UHGV virus genome: UHGV-1493261
DNA: 64,000 nt
Reading direction: 5' to 3' (one strand)
Origin: a virus
The notes under the pieces were generated by a model. That model did not search any database. It had not been told where the DNA came from and saw nothing but the letters and a program-made list of their open reading frames with translations. Positions 35,677 to 44,818 of the stretch are shown here, piece by piece. Position 1 is the first letter of the stretch. Every line of letters starts with the position of its first letter. A program made the translations under genes and the position numbers.

Positions 35677-35694
35677 AAGCCCCTTCGGGGGCTT
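35677..35694 (+). terminator. terminator-like hairpin abutting late promoter
   Basis: AAGCCCC / TTCG / GGGGCTT directly followed by ATAAATAA (TATAAATA at 35694-35701). Confidence 0.45.
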
Positions 35695-35701
35695 ATAAAT
35701 A
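35694..35701 (+). promoter_or_regulatory. T4-type late promoter TATAAATA
   Basis: Exact TATAAATA on the + strand, 25 nt upstream of ATG 35726, abutting the terminator hairpin of the 904-aa gene. Confidence 0.5.
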
Positions 35702-35725
35702 ACTGAAATCCCCGAGGAGATTAAG

Positions 35726-36031
35726 ATGAAACCGTTTATCGAATATTTTAAAGAACAAGCCGCTAAACCTCAGACCCATGCTGGTGTCCAGGGTAAGACC
35801 GTATCCATCACCAAGCAAGCTGACGGCACCCAGTGGTGTTCCGGCGCTACCGTGACCCAGATCACTCCTGACAATCAGGCGGATGTCTACAACCTGGAGT
35901 TAACCAACGGCAACACCATCAAGGTGAAGCTGACCCCAGACCAGACTCACGGTATCTCCCAAGGTCAGGAAGTCGTTGCTGTCCATGACGGTTTCGAATT
36001 CTTCTTTGGCAAGCCTGCCGACAAAGACTAA
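35726..36031 (+). CDS. hypothetical protein, probably late-expressed
   Basis: 101 aa, GAGGAG RBS. Exact TATAAATA on the + strand 25 nt upstream. Confidence 0.5.
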   Translation: MKPFIEYFKEQAAKPQTHAGVQGKTVSITKQADGTQWCSGATVTQITPDNQADVYNLELTNGNTIKVKLTPDQTHGISQGQEVVAVHDGFEFFFGKPADKD

Positions 36032-36061
36032 GTGAAACCATCAAGATGACTCTTGATCATA

Positions 36062-36093
36062 ATCCCCCTAAATACAGGGGGATTTCTTTTTCT
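36062..36093 (+). terminator. rho-independent terminator
   Basis: ATCCCCC / loop / GGGGGAT then TTCTTTTTCTG, between stop 36031 and ATG 36106. Confidence 0.6.
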
Positions 36094-36105
36094 GAGGACA
36101 ACATC

Positions 36106-36459
36106 ATGGTCAATGCGAGTATTTTCATCAACCGTGGACTGCTTGCTATAGCCCACTCTCATGCCTTGCACTTCGTTACAACGTCCTATGCCAAGCACAA
36201 GGCACTCGGGGAGTTCTACGGGGATCTAGAGGACTTGCTGGACACGTTTACCGAAGCATACATCGGTGCAGGTGGTCAGTATGTTCCATCATTCGAGAAT
36301 ATCAAATTGTACAACCCAGACCCTATCTCCTATATTAACAGTGTGGTGATAGACGTCGATGGCATCTACAAGCAGTGTGACTCCCACCTTCAGAGCACTC
36401 TTGACGATATCAAGACACTGTGCTATCAGACGATCTACAAACTGAAGCAGCTGTCGTAA
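36106..36459 (+). CDS. hypothetical protein, possible ferritin/Dps-like helical fold
   Basis: Start at ATG 36106 (GAGGACAACATCATG) downstream of the terminator at 36062-36093. HSHALHFVTTSYAKHKALGEFYGDLEDLLDTFTEAYIGAGG loosely resembles Dps helix A/B. Confidence 0.45.
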   Translation: MVNASIFINRGLLAIAHSHALHFVTTSYAKHKALGEFYGDLEDLLDTFTEAYIGAGGQYVPSFENIKLYNPDPISYINSVVIDVDGIYKQCDSHLQSTLDDIKTLCYQTIYKLKQLS

Positions 36460-36516
36460 GTCAATACGAAATAAAGGCATATAATTTTGCTCATTATTCA
36501 CCAAAAGGAAAGGACA

Positions 36517-37128
36517 ATGAGCAAAATCTTTATCCCGTCACACCGCGAAGGATGTGAAATCGCGGCCAACTACCTGCGCGGTCGCATGAACTGCGGCGCT
36601 GTCTTCATCGAGCCAAATTCGTTTGACAACAAAGAATCACCTGATGCCATCGGGTTCCGTTCCGGCGGTTGCTCTATCCTGATGGAAGTGAAGGTGTCTC
36701 GCTCTGATTTCCTTACCGACAAGAAGAAGCCTCATCGCATGGATCCGACGACGGGCATGGGCGCATACCGCTTTTATGTCTGCCCTCAGGACGTGATCAG
36801 GGTTGAAGACCTACCACCGAAGTGGGGGCTGTTCTACTTCACACCCCGCAAGTCCCTGATGCCAGTTCATGTGCCAGACATGCGGTACTCTTTATTGTCA
36901 TCACCAGATCATTATCAGAAGTACCTTGATGAACAGATCAAGAGAGGAAGAACCGTTACTCGGCATATGCGCAGCTACATGGAACTCCTCGAAGGCTTCG
37001 CCCACTTTGAGCGCAACACTGCCGGGGAGCAGAATATCCTGTATGGGGCTTGGCGCCAACTGTGTATAGCTCAAAGTCGTGGTGTAGACTATACTGTGAC
37101 CGAAGTGTTCCAGAGGCCGAAGATCTAA
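36517..37128 (+). CDS. hypothetical protein, possible PD-(D/E)xK nuclease
   Basis: Start at ATG 36517 (AAGGAAAGGA RBS). PDAIGFRSGGCSILMEVKVS gives a D...E.K arrangement. Stop overlaps the HNH gene start (TAATG). Confidence 0.45.
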   Translation: MSKIFIPSHREGCEIAANYLRGRMNCGAVFIEPNSFDNKESPDAIGFRSGGCSILMEVKVSRSDFLTDKKKPHRMDPTTGMGAYRFYVCPQDVIRVEDLPPKWGLFYFTPRKSLMPVHVPDMRYSLLSSPDHYQKYLDEQIKRGRTVTRHMRSYMELLEGFAHFERNTAGEQNILYGAWRQLCIAQSRGVDYTVTEVFQRPKI

Positions 37129-37784
37129 TGAACTATCAAAAAATTCATGACGCTATAATAACCAGAGCCAGGGATAGAATTTTAACTGGTTACAAGGAAA
37201 AACACCACGTCATCCCTCTATCTCTTGGTGGTGAAGACAGGAACTACAATAAAGTTTCTCTCACAGCATCTGAACATTATATTATTCATCTTCTGTTGGC
37301 AAAAATTCACGGCGGGGTAATGGTCAGCGCATTTAAAAAGATGCGCCACTTGACCTCTAATCCTCCAAACAATAAAGAATTTGCCGCCAGGAGGGAATTG
37401 TTGTGTACGACAGCCGGAGAGAAAGCGAAAGATCCACAAAAACGGAAAAATCATTCTCTGAAAATGAAGGGTAGAAACCATACAGAATCTACCAAATTGT
37501 CAATATCTAATTCCATGACTGGGGAGAATAACCCAATGAAGGGGATACCTGCATGGAGGAATCCGACCAACATCAGCCGAGGAACCCATAAAAATTGGTT
37601 GGCGGCTGGAGAAATTTATGACTTGTACATCACAGGGAAATTTTTAAGAGTTATCGACCTCTTCAATGCTTGCAAATTGCCGACATCATACGGAACGGTT
37701 TCCACCATAAAAACAAAATTGGAATTGGGTTGGAAACCAAGGAAAGACGCGGATTGGTTGCAATTCTATGAGGAACACAAATGA
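37128..37784 (+). CDS. HNH homing endonuclease
   Basis: Start at ATG 37128 inside track ORF 37050. HHVIPLSLGG...N...SEHYIIHLL (HNH); GENNPMKG NUMOD-like. AT-rich codons. Inserted immediately upstream of the primase gene. Confidence 0.75.
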   Translation: MNYQKIHDAIITRARDRILTGYKEKHHVIPLSLGGEDRNYNKVSLTASEHYIIHLLLAKIHGGVMVSAFKKMRHLTSNPPNNKEFAARRELLCTTAGEKAKDPQKRKNHSLKMKGRNHTESTKLSISNSMTGENNPMKGIPAWRNPTNISRGTHKNWLAAGEIYDLYITGKFLRVIDLFNACKLPTSYGTVSTIKTKLELGWKPRKDADWLQFYEEHK

Positions 37785-38839
37785 AATTTCTCGACGAACA
37801 ATTCATAAATTACGTTGCTCCCAGACTCGATAAATTCAAGTGGGAACGTGTTGGGTCTGTCGCAAATTTTAGATGCCCGCTTTGTGGAGATTCTCTCAAA
37901 AGTGCTAATAAGCGACGCGGTTATTTTTTCTTCGATCGAGATAATGATTGCTTTCGGTTCAAATGTCATAATTGCCATAACATGAATGGCTGGTCATTTG
38001 AGTTCTGGCTGAAGAAGTTCGACGAACGCCTCTCAACAGAGTACAACATGGAGAAGTTCCGTCTGCTGGGTGATACTTCGGGCAGACCACTTCCTTCCCT
38101 GAAGCCGTTGCCAAAGCTGACACAGACCGCCCGTATTGGCTCAGTGGCGGCAAAACGCGACGAGAGCCTCCTCGGCAATATGCTACGACTTGATCTGCTA
38201 CCGCCTGACCATAAGGCTCGACAGTACGTACAGTGGCGTGGACTGCCGGATAGCACTTTGTCCCTCCTGTATTACACACAGCACTTCCGCCAGGATCTAC
38301 TCCAGTTCGAAACGAACCCTGAGAAGCAGCTGAAAATTCCCGATGACGAGCGCCTGGTAATCCCATTCTGGACTCAGGATGGTCGCATGAAGATCGTTCA
38401 GGGGCGTGCATTCGACAAGAATGCGACACTGCGCTACGCAACAGTCAAGCCCAAGGATGAAGACACTAAGGTCTATGGTGAAGACCGGGTGAACATTCAC
38501 AAAACCAAGCTGGTTGTGGAAGGTCCGATTGACAGCCTGTTCCTACCCAACTGTCTTGCATCGGCCGACGCTGATCTACTGAGCGTGAAGGGTGACATTT
38601 ATATCCCTGATAATCAGTACCGGAACCCGCAGGTATGTGATGGCATTCAGAAGATGATAGATAAAGGTGTCAAGGTCGTCCTCTTCCCGCCGAATATTCC
38701 GTGGAAGGACATCAATGATATGGTCATGCCTTCGAAGGGTAACATGGCCATACGAGACCTCCTGAAGCTGATCGCCCAGAACGTCTACCAGGGGATGGCT
38801 GCATCACTGCAATTTGCTGAACTGAGGAAAGTGAGATGA
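37781..38839 (+). CDS. gp61: DNA primase (gp61-like)
   Basis: FRCPLCGDS zinc ribbon; LVIPFW, KVYGEDRV, VEGPIDSLF match T4 gp61 (RCPVCGDS, LVIPIYN, KIYGVERV, LEGPIDSLF). GAGGAA RBS. Confidence 0.85.
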   Translation: MKFLDEQFINYVAPRLDKFKWERVGSVANFRCPLCGDSLKSANKRRGYFFFDRDNDCFRFKCHNCHNMNGWSFEFWLKKFDERLSTEYNMEKFRLLGDTSGRPLPSLKPLPKLTQTARIGSVAAKRDESLLGNMLRLDLLPPDHKARQYVQWRGLPDSTLSLLYYTQHFRQDLLQFETNPEKQLKIPDDERLVIPFWTQDGRMKIVQGRAFDKNATLRYATVKPKDEDTKVYGEDRVNIHKTKLVVEGPIDSLFLPNCLASADADLLSVKGDIYIPDNQYRNPQVCDGIQKMIDKGVKVVLFPPNIPWKDINDMVMPSKGNMAIRDLLKLIAQNVYQGMAASLQFAELRKVR

Positions 38840-39042
38840 CATTAGAAGAACTGAACAAACTGGACGACGGGGAGATCGTGCGGGGGTACTTGAAATCTCG
38901 TGAGGGGTATGTCCTATCTGGGGAAGAGTCTCCGAGTTTCATCCACGGCTGGAAGAATGGTCAGGTGGACTTCCATGGGGTTCCCATCAGTGCTGAGCAG
39001 GCCGAATTGGCTCGCGAGTTTGTAAGATTTCGCCCGAACTAA
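38836..39042 (+). CDS. hypothetical protein
   Basis: 68 aa. ATGA overlap with primase. Terminator at 39071-39095. Confidence 0.4.
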   Translation: MTLEELNKLDDGEIVRGYLKSREGYVLSGEESPSFIHGWKNGQVDFHGVPISAEQAELAREFVRFRPN

Positions 39043-39070
39043 AACTTTTTACTTCACATTACTTCCCTCC

Positions 39071-39095
39071 AGGCCTCGTCGAATGAGGCCTTTTA
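39071..39095 (+). terminator. rho-independent terminator
   Basis: AGGCCTC / GTCGAAT / GAGGCCT then TTTTAAAAT. Confidence 0.6.
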
Positions 39096-39133
39096 AAATA
39101 CTTCAAAAATATTTTAAAAAATTATTGAAAAGA

Positions 39134-39166
39134 CTTTACTATTCAATAATAGCGCACTATTATAAT
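39134..39166 (+). promoter_or_regulatory. sigma70/T4-early-like promoter (CTTTAC-N18-TATTATAAT) with A/T-rich UP region
   Basis: AAAATATTTTAAAAAATTATTGAAAAG then CTTTAC (39134-39139) and TATTATAAT (39158-39166), followed by GC hairpin 39175-39191. Confidence 0.5.
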
Positions 39167-39235
39167 TCACATAGGGCGGTAACACACCGCCGAATGAAAG
39201 TGAAACGCACCAACTACATTATGAGGAATTACATC

Positions 39236-39724
39236 ATGGCTACTACCAAAACTCTGATCACCAACGGCACCATCTCTTTCGAACTGAACACCGAAGTTGC
39301 TAAAGTTGAAATGTTCCGCATAGCTCAGGCAGCTGGCTTCACTGGTGGCAAAACTTCCTTCATGAACCTACTGAACGGTAAAGTGAAAGCGACTAACGGC
39401 TTCACCCTGGTAGAGCAGGTTGTGGTTGATAAAGCTGTGGTTGCTAAGACTGCCGACAAAGTTGGTATGCTGAAAAGCCTGGGCCACGACATCCGCATTG
39501 TCGAAGCAAACACCGAAACTTACGGCACCATCGTAGTCGGTAAAGGTCGCATCCAGCTGAACCCGCTGAACAACGGTTCCTTCTCTGTGATGGTCTTCCC
39601 TAAGAAGGGCTACGACAACACCGACATCGTGAAAGCTGCTGGTGGCGAAGCAAAAGCTCAGTACGTCAAAATGGGTAAACTGAGCGCCGACGCAGTTGAA
39701 GCTCTGGTGAGCAAACTGGCGTAA
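39236..39724 (+). CDS. hypothetical protein with strong expression signals
   Basis: Start at ATG 39236 with context GAGGAATTACATCATG. Upstream CTTTAC-N18-TATTAT promoter, A/T-rich UP region and GC hairpin. 162 aa, Ala/Gly/Val/Lys-rich. Confidence 0.55.
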   Translation: MATTKTLITNGTISFELNTEVAKVEMFRIAQAAGFTGGKTSFMNLLNGKVKATNGFTLVEQVVVDKAVVAKTADKVGMLKSLGHDIRIVEANTETYGTIVVGKGRIQLNPLNNGSFSVMVFPKKGYDNTDIVKAAGGEAKAQYVKMGKLSADAVEALVSKLA

Positions 39725-39732
39725 CCGGTGAC

Positions 39733-39765
39733 GGGGGAGGTGACTCCCCTCCTTTCAGGTTTTTG
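39733..39765 (+). terminator. rho-independent terminator (GGGGGAGG-GTGA-CTCCCC hairpin)
   Basis: Hairpin immediately after stop 39724, then CCTTTCAGGTTTTTGG. Near-identical hairpin at 62672-62689. Confidence 0.55.
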
Positions 39766-39778
39766 GTAGGAGACCATC

Positions 39779-39967
39779 ATGTCACAAGCAATTATCCACC
39801 CCTCTTCAGGCGCTCTCTGGGTAGCCAGCCGCATTCCTAACAAAGTCTTCCCTCAGTTCCAAGAGGAGCTAGAGCAAGCGATGTTGTCCGTGTTGGAAAA
39901 ATACGGATACGACACTGAAGTTCGTGCTTCCTTTGGTGAAATCATGCCCGTGGTGGTGACCCGATGA
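39779..39967 (+). CDS. small hypothetical protein
   Basis: 62 aa, GGAGA RBS, follows the terminator at 39733-39765. Confidence 0.35.
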   Translation: MSQAIIHPSSGALWVASRIPNKVFPQFQEELEQAMLSVLEKYGYDTEVRASFGEIMPVVVTR

Positions 39968-40164
39968 AACTGACTCTAGATCAGTTGGCCAGAGCCTCTT
40001 GCGCCCATCTCAAAGAAGTGACGGGTAAAGTATGGACACCATCCGTAATCACTTCTGCTGGGATGATCATGCTAACATCTGAGTCTTCCGTTCTGACTCT
40101 GTTTTATAGGGAACGAGAAGGTAGTTGGGCAGCTCGGCCTAGTGACAAAACCAAAGAAGAGTGA
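39964..40164 (+). CDS. small hypothetical protein
   Basis: 66 aa. ATGA overlap with the upstream ORF. Confidence 0.35.
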   Translation: MKLTLDQLARASCAHLKEVTGKVWTPSVITSAGMIMLTSESSVLTLFYREREGSWAARPSDKTKEE

Positions 40165-40275
40165 ATCCGCTGTTGGTGCTTATAACGCCATGAAGCGTGA
40201 CTTTGGTCCGATGATAGCCAAGTACAACACCATGCTGGAATCTATGTAGTCTCAACCCCTATGAGAGGAAACAAA

Positions 40276-40578
40276 ATGTTACACGGCAGCGAACAATCAA
40301 CCAAGATCGCAAAAGATGCAGCTCAGCAATTGGAAGCCCATACCTCCAAGGAATGGAAGGTCGTGGGTAACTCATTCTCTCAAATCACTCTGATGAACGG
40401 GAACGTCTACGTCGACCACCTGATTTCTACTGGTGCTTGGCGAGCAGGGATTCAGGATTTCTGGATCGAAGACCTCGCTGGCGAGTACCTGAGTTCTCCG
40501 ATTGAGGCTTATGACAGCCTGAAAGTCGCTGTCAAAGAACATCTGAAAGAACTTCAAGAAGTTTCAGACAGTCTGTAG
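40276..40578 (+). CDS. hypothetical protein
   Basis: Start at ATG 40276 (GAGGAA RBS) inside track ORF 40261. 100 aa. Confidence 0.45.
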   Translation: MLHGSEQSTKIAKDAAQQLEAHTSKEWKVVGNSFSQITLMNGNVYVDHLISTGAWRAGIQDFWIEDLAGEYLSSPIEAYDSLKVAVKEHLKELQEVSDSL

Positions 40579-40643
40579 TACCGCAATTCCTCAAGTTCAC
40601 TTTCACTTTAAATACCTCTGCATTCATTGTGGAGGTATTTCTT

Positions 40644-41438
40644 ATGGCCATTCTAAAACTTGGCAACCGTGGCACTGAAGTGAAGGCACTTCAGAATAGC
40701 CTCAACAAAATCGGCTTCACCCTCGTCGCTGATGGTATCTTTGGCAAGGCAACAGAGAACGCTGTCAAGACTGTTCAGGCGGGTGCGGGGCTTGTCATTG
40801 ATGGTATCGTGGGTCCAAAGACCTCCTATGCTATTCGCAACGCCGGAGACGCCCATCAGGATCATCTAACTGAGTCAGACCTGATTGATGCTGCTAACGA
40901 TCTGGGTGTTGACCTCGCCTCTGTCAAGGCGGTGAATCAGGTTGAGTCACGCGGTACGGGCTTCACCAAGTCAGGTAAGATCAAGACATTGTTTGAGCGC
41001 CACATCATGTATAAGAAGCTGACGGCGAAGTTCGGGCAGGCTCGGGCGAATGCCATGGGACATATGTACCCGACGTTGGTCAGCCCTTCCGCAGGCGGGT
41101 ACACGGGTGGCGACGCGGAGTTGGATCGACTTCATGCAGCGATCAACATCGACGAGGATTGTGCGTACGAGAGTGCCTCATACGGCCTCTTTCAGATCAT
41201 GGGCTTCAACTGCCAGGTCTGTGGGTATGCCAACGCCAAGGAGATGTTCAACGACTTCCTGACAGGCGAACGCGCTCATTTGATGGCATTCGTGAAGTTC
41301 ATCAAGGCTGACGCCAAGCTCTGGCAGGCTCTGAAGGACAAGAACTGGGCTGAGTTTGCGCGGCGCTATAATGGTCCGGCATATGCCAAGAACCAGTACG
41401 ACACGAAGCTCGCTGCTGCATACCGCAGCTTCAGTTAA
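40644..41438 (+). CDS. endolysin: peptidoglycan-binding domain plus N-acetylmuramidase-like domain
   Basis: Start at ATG 40644 (GGAGG RBS). N-terminal LKLGNRGTEVKALQNSLNKIGF...DGIFGKATENAVK...DGIVGPKT (PG_binding_1 repeat). C-terminal VNQVESRGTGF ... YGLFQIMGFN muramidase-like motif. Terminator at 41443-41470. Confidence 0.7.
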   Translation: MAILKLGNRGTEVKALQNSLNKIGFTLVADGIFGKATENAVKTVQAGAGLVIDGIVGPKTSYAIRNAGDAHQDHLTESDLIDAANDLGVDLASVKAVNQVESRGTGFTKSGKIKTLFERHIMYKKLTAKFGQARANAMGHMYPTLVSPSAGGYTGGDAELDRLHAAINIDEDCAYESASYGLFQIMGFNCQVCGYANAKEMFNDFLTGERAHLMAFVKFIKADAKLWQALKDKNWAEFARRYNGPAYAKNQYDTKLAAAYRSFS

Positions 41439-41442
41439 CTCA

Positions 41443-41470
41443 AAGGCCGGAAACGGCCTTTTCTTTATCC
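41443..41470 (+). terminator. rho-independent terminator
   Basis: AAGGCCG / GAAA / CGGCCTT then TTCTTTATCC, after the endolysin gene. Confidence 0.65.
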
Positions 41471-41539
41471 AATCCTCAGGTATGCTGGGTTGTCACCTTA
41501 ATTAGAGGTGATGACACCCTGAGATATAGGAAGGTTCCC

Positions 41540-42382
41540 ATGCAATCTGCCACCAAAGTTGTAAGTAAGAAGCCAGCGGGCAAGACCAAGTCAGCACGTA
41601 AGAAGGAGACAATCCAGAAAGAAGATGACTGGATGAAGTTCTCTAAAGGTGACTTCAGAATCGCTCCGTTCAATGGCCTCTCAGAAAATCAGAACCTCGC
41701 GTATCAATCTGCTCTTGAAGAAAACCTCACCATCGCAATCGGTCCGGCAGGCACAGGTAAATCGTACTGTGGTGCCTCAGCCGCCGCCAAGCTCCTGATC
41801 GATAAAGTAGTCAGCAAGATCGTCATCACGCGCTCTCCGCTACCAACAGGCCAGACTGCAGGCTTCCGCCCTGGCGACACATACGAAAAGCTGATGCCAT
41901 ATCTGATGCCCCTGATTCAGACGCTGAAGAAGGTGCTGAAGACTGACACAGGTAGCGACGGTTTCTTCAACTATCTGTGGGAGAAGCGGATCATTGAGAT
42001 CCAGGATCTGGAGACCATCAAGGGGATGACCTTCGACGACACCTTCCTGATCATTGAAGAAGCGCAGGAATGTGATATGGAGCAACTGAAGAACCTACTG
42101 ACCCGCGCATCCGACTCGACTTACATCTTTGTCAACGGTGACATCAAACAGTCTAACAAGCGCCTGCGTGAAAGCGCCCTGGAAAAGTACGTCAGTTCCT
42201 TCCGCGACTTCAACACCAAGCTGGAGGCCGGAACCCTGAAGATCGATGGTGTTGGCGTCGGTGATGAGTACCCTGAATGGGTTCAACCGTTCAGTATCAT
42301 CGAGTTCGACAAGTCTGACCGCAACGGGCGCGGCGACTTCACCCGCCTGATGCTGGAAGTCAACGATCTGTACGACATTTAA
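41540..42382 (+). CDS. phoH: PhoH-like ATPase
   Basis: Walker A GPAGTGKS, PhoH-like GFRPGD...EKL, IIEEAQ Walker B-like. Confidence 0.8.
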   Translation: MQSATKVVSKKPAGKTKSARKKETIQKEDDWMKFSKGDFRIAPFNGLSENQNLAYQSALEENLTIAIGPAGTGKSYCGASAAAKLLIDKVVSKIVITRSPLPTGQTAGFRPGDTYEKLMPYLMPLIQTLKKVLKTDTGSDGFFNYLWEKRIIEIQDLETIKGMTFDDTFLIIEEAQECDMEQLKNLLTRASDSTYIFVNGDIKQSNKRLRESALEKYVSSFRDFNTKLEAGTLKIDGVGVGDEYPEWVQPFSIIEFDKSDRNGRGDFTRLMLEVNDLYDI

Positions 42383-42465
42383 GTAACTCGCCAACCCTCC
42401 CCGCCGCCTTCAATCTACGAGGGCGGCGTATAATAAAACCTGCGTAAACAAACCCGAGGAACACC

Positions 42466-44748
42466 ATGATTAACGTTATAAAACGTGACGGATCTTCTGT
42501 CCCATTTGATATTGAGAAACTACACGCAGTCGTAGACCGCGCATGTGATGGCTTGCCTGGTGTATCAATGTCAGAGGTGATCGCTGCATCGAAGATTCAG
42601 TTCACCGACAACATGAGAACAGATCGCATTCAGGATATCCTCATCCAGGCTGCAGCTTCACTGATCTCTGTAGAGAAACCCAACTACCAGTATGTGGCCG
42701 CTCGCCTGAAGTCATATGATCTGCGCAAGGCTGTCTATGGCCAGTACAAGCCGCCTCACCTGCTGGATATCTTCGTCAAGAACATCAAACAGCGCGTGTA
42801 TGATCGTGAGTTCCTTGATCTCTACACGACCGAAGAGTTCAACGAACTGAACGATGTTATCAACCACAAACGTGACAAGAACTTCACCTGGGCGGCCATG
42901 GGTCAGCTGACAGAGAAGTATCTGCTGCGTGACCGTTCCAAGAAGGACAGCAAGATCTTCTACGAAACCCCTCAGGTCATGTACATGGGCATCGCCATGG
43001 CGTTGTTCTCTAACTGGGACAGAGACAGCCGCCTGGAAATGGTTAAGAAGTTCTATGAATATGCCAGCACAGGCAAGTTCAGTCTTCCAACCCCGATTAT
43101 GGCAGGCGTTCGTACTCCTACCCGTCAGTTCAGTTCCTGCGTGTTAATCAAGACTGATGACACCCTGAACTCTATCAACGCAACAGCCAAGACCATCGTT
43201 GACTATGTGTCCAAACGTGCGGGTATCGGCTTCGACGTCGGGGCTATCCGTGGGATTGGTAGTCCTATTCGCGGCGGAGAAATGGTTCACACAGGCCTGA
43301 TCCCGTTCATCAAGTACCTCACTGGCGCACTGAAGTCGTGCTCTCAGGGCGGCATTCGTGGTGGTGCGGCAACAGCATACATCCCTCTGTGGCATTACCA
43401 GTTCGATGACGTCGTTGTTCTGAAGAACAACCGTGGTACTGAAGAAAACCGCGAACGCCGTATCGACTATGGCATTCAGATCAACCGCGTGATGTTTGAG
43501 CGCCTGGTTGCCAAGCAGCCTCTGTATCTGTTCGACCCGAAAGACAACCGCGAAATGTATGAAGCATACTTCGCTGACGTTGACAAGTTCCGTACTCTGT
43601 ATGAGAACATGATCAAGGCCGCTGATGCTGGTTTGGTTCGTGCTAAAAAGTTGCAGGCAGAAGAGGTGTTCCAGATGCTGTTAGACCAGCGTTCAGACAC
43701 AGGCCGCATCTACATCGCATTTGTCGATCACATGAATGAATACAGTCCATTCAACCTAGACACGATTTATTCTTCAAATCTTTGTTTAGAAATCGCCCTG
43801 CCGACCCGTGAGTTTGAGCAGTACAACGATGAAAACGGGCGCGTGGCTCTGTGCACCCTGGCTTCCTTCAACCTGACAGCGTTCGAAGATCCTACGGAAA
43901 TGGAAGACGTGGCGTTCGTGTTGGTGTCTGCGCTGGACATGCTGTTGGAATATCAGGACTATCCAGCGATTCAGGCTCGTAAAGCTGTTGAAGACTATCG
44001 TCCTCTGGGTGTTGGTATCGTGAACGTGGCTCACTTCCTGGCCAAGAACTTCACGGGTTATGGCTCACCAGCTGGTCTTGAAATGCTGGATGCGTGGATG
44101 GCACACCTGCACTTCTATCTGGTCAAGGCGTCCAACCGTCTGGCTATGAAGTTCGGTGCTTGCAAACGCAGAACCATCCACAATAATGGGCAGGTCACCG
44201 CCGACCTTCAGCCGCTTCCACTTGATATCCTACCAAATGGCAAGAAGCCGGAAGGGATGGCATACGGGCTGGATTGGGATGAGTTGAAGGATAATCTGAA
44301 GACCTATGGTATCCGCAACGCCACTCTGCTGGCAGTAGCCCCTACCGAAAGCTCCTCACAGGTCCTCAACGCAACGAACGGTATTGAGCCACCGAAGGGC
44401 TTGGTGAGCATCAAGGGTAGCAAGGACGGCACTTATAAGCAGGTCGTCCCGGACGTTGAGACCCTTGGACCGATGTATGACCTCAAGTGGGACCTGGACT
44501 GTATTGAGTACCTGAAGACCGCTGCTGTCATCCAGCGCTGGGTTGACCAGTCCATCAGTACCAACACGTGGTATGACCCAGAGAAGTACCCTGACAGCAA
44601 GATCCCTCGCGCCAAGATGATGCAGGATATCCTGTCGTTCTATATGTGGGGTGGCAAGACTCTGTATTACAACACAAACAAGGACGCCAAGGAAGACGAA
44701 GAGCTGAAGCAGGCTGAGGAAACTCAGTGCGATAGCTGTGTTGTATAA
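42466..44748 (+). CDS. nrdA: ribonucleotide reductase large subunit (class Ia NrdA)
   Basis: 760 aa. N-terminal ATP-cone (VIKRDGS...FD..K), active-site region NLCLEI and C-terminal Cys pair CDSC. Length and layout as E. coli NrdA. Confidence 0.9.
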   Translation: MINVIKRDGSSVPFDIEKLHAVVDRACDGLPGVSMSEVIAASKIQFTDNMRTDRIQDILIQAAASLISVEKPNYQYVAARLKSYDLRKAVYGQYKPPHLLDIFVKNIKQRVYDREFLDLYTTEEFNELNDVINHKRDKNFTWAAMGQLTEKYLLRDRSKKDSKIFYETPQVMYMGIAMALFSNWDRDSRLEMVKKFYEYASTGKFSLPTPIMAGVRTPTRQFSSCVLIKTDDTLNSINATAKTIVDYVSKRAGIGFDVGAIRGIGSPIRGGEMVHTGLIPFIKYLTGALKSCSQGGIRGGAATAYIPLWHYQFDDVVVLKNNRGTEENRERRIDYGIQINRVMFERLVAKQPLYLFDPKDNREMYEAYFADVDKFRTLYENMIKAADAGLVRAKKLQAEEVFQMLLDQRSDTGRIYIAFVDHMNEYSPFNLDTIYSSNLCLEIALPTREFEQYNDENGRVALCTLASFNLTAFEDPTEMEDVAFVLVSALDMLLEYQDYPAIQARKAVEDYRPLGVGIVNVAHFLAKNFTGYGSPAGLEMLDAWMAHLHFYLVKASNRLAMKFGACKRRTIHNNGQVTADLQPLPLDILPNGKKPEGMAYGLDWDELKDNLKTYGIRNATLLAVAPTESSSQVLNATNGIEPPKGLVSIKGSKDGTYKQVVPDVETLGPMYDLKWDLDCIEYLKTAAVIQRWVDQSISTNTWYDPEKYPDSKIPRAKMMQDILSFYMWGGKTLYYNTNKDAKEDEELKQAEETQCDSCVV

Positions 44749-44780
44749 ATTGGTCTAAACCTACTACCGTTATATCATCA

Positions 44781-44806
44781 GGGGTGAGAGATCACCCCTT
44801 ATTAAT
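44781..44806 (+). terminator. terminator-like hairpin after nrdA
   Basis: GGGGTGA / GAGA / TCACCCC then TTATTAATC. Confidence 0.45.
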
Positions 44807-44818
44807 CAGGAAAGAAAC

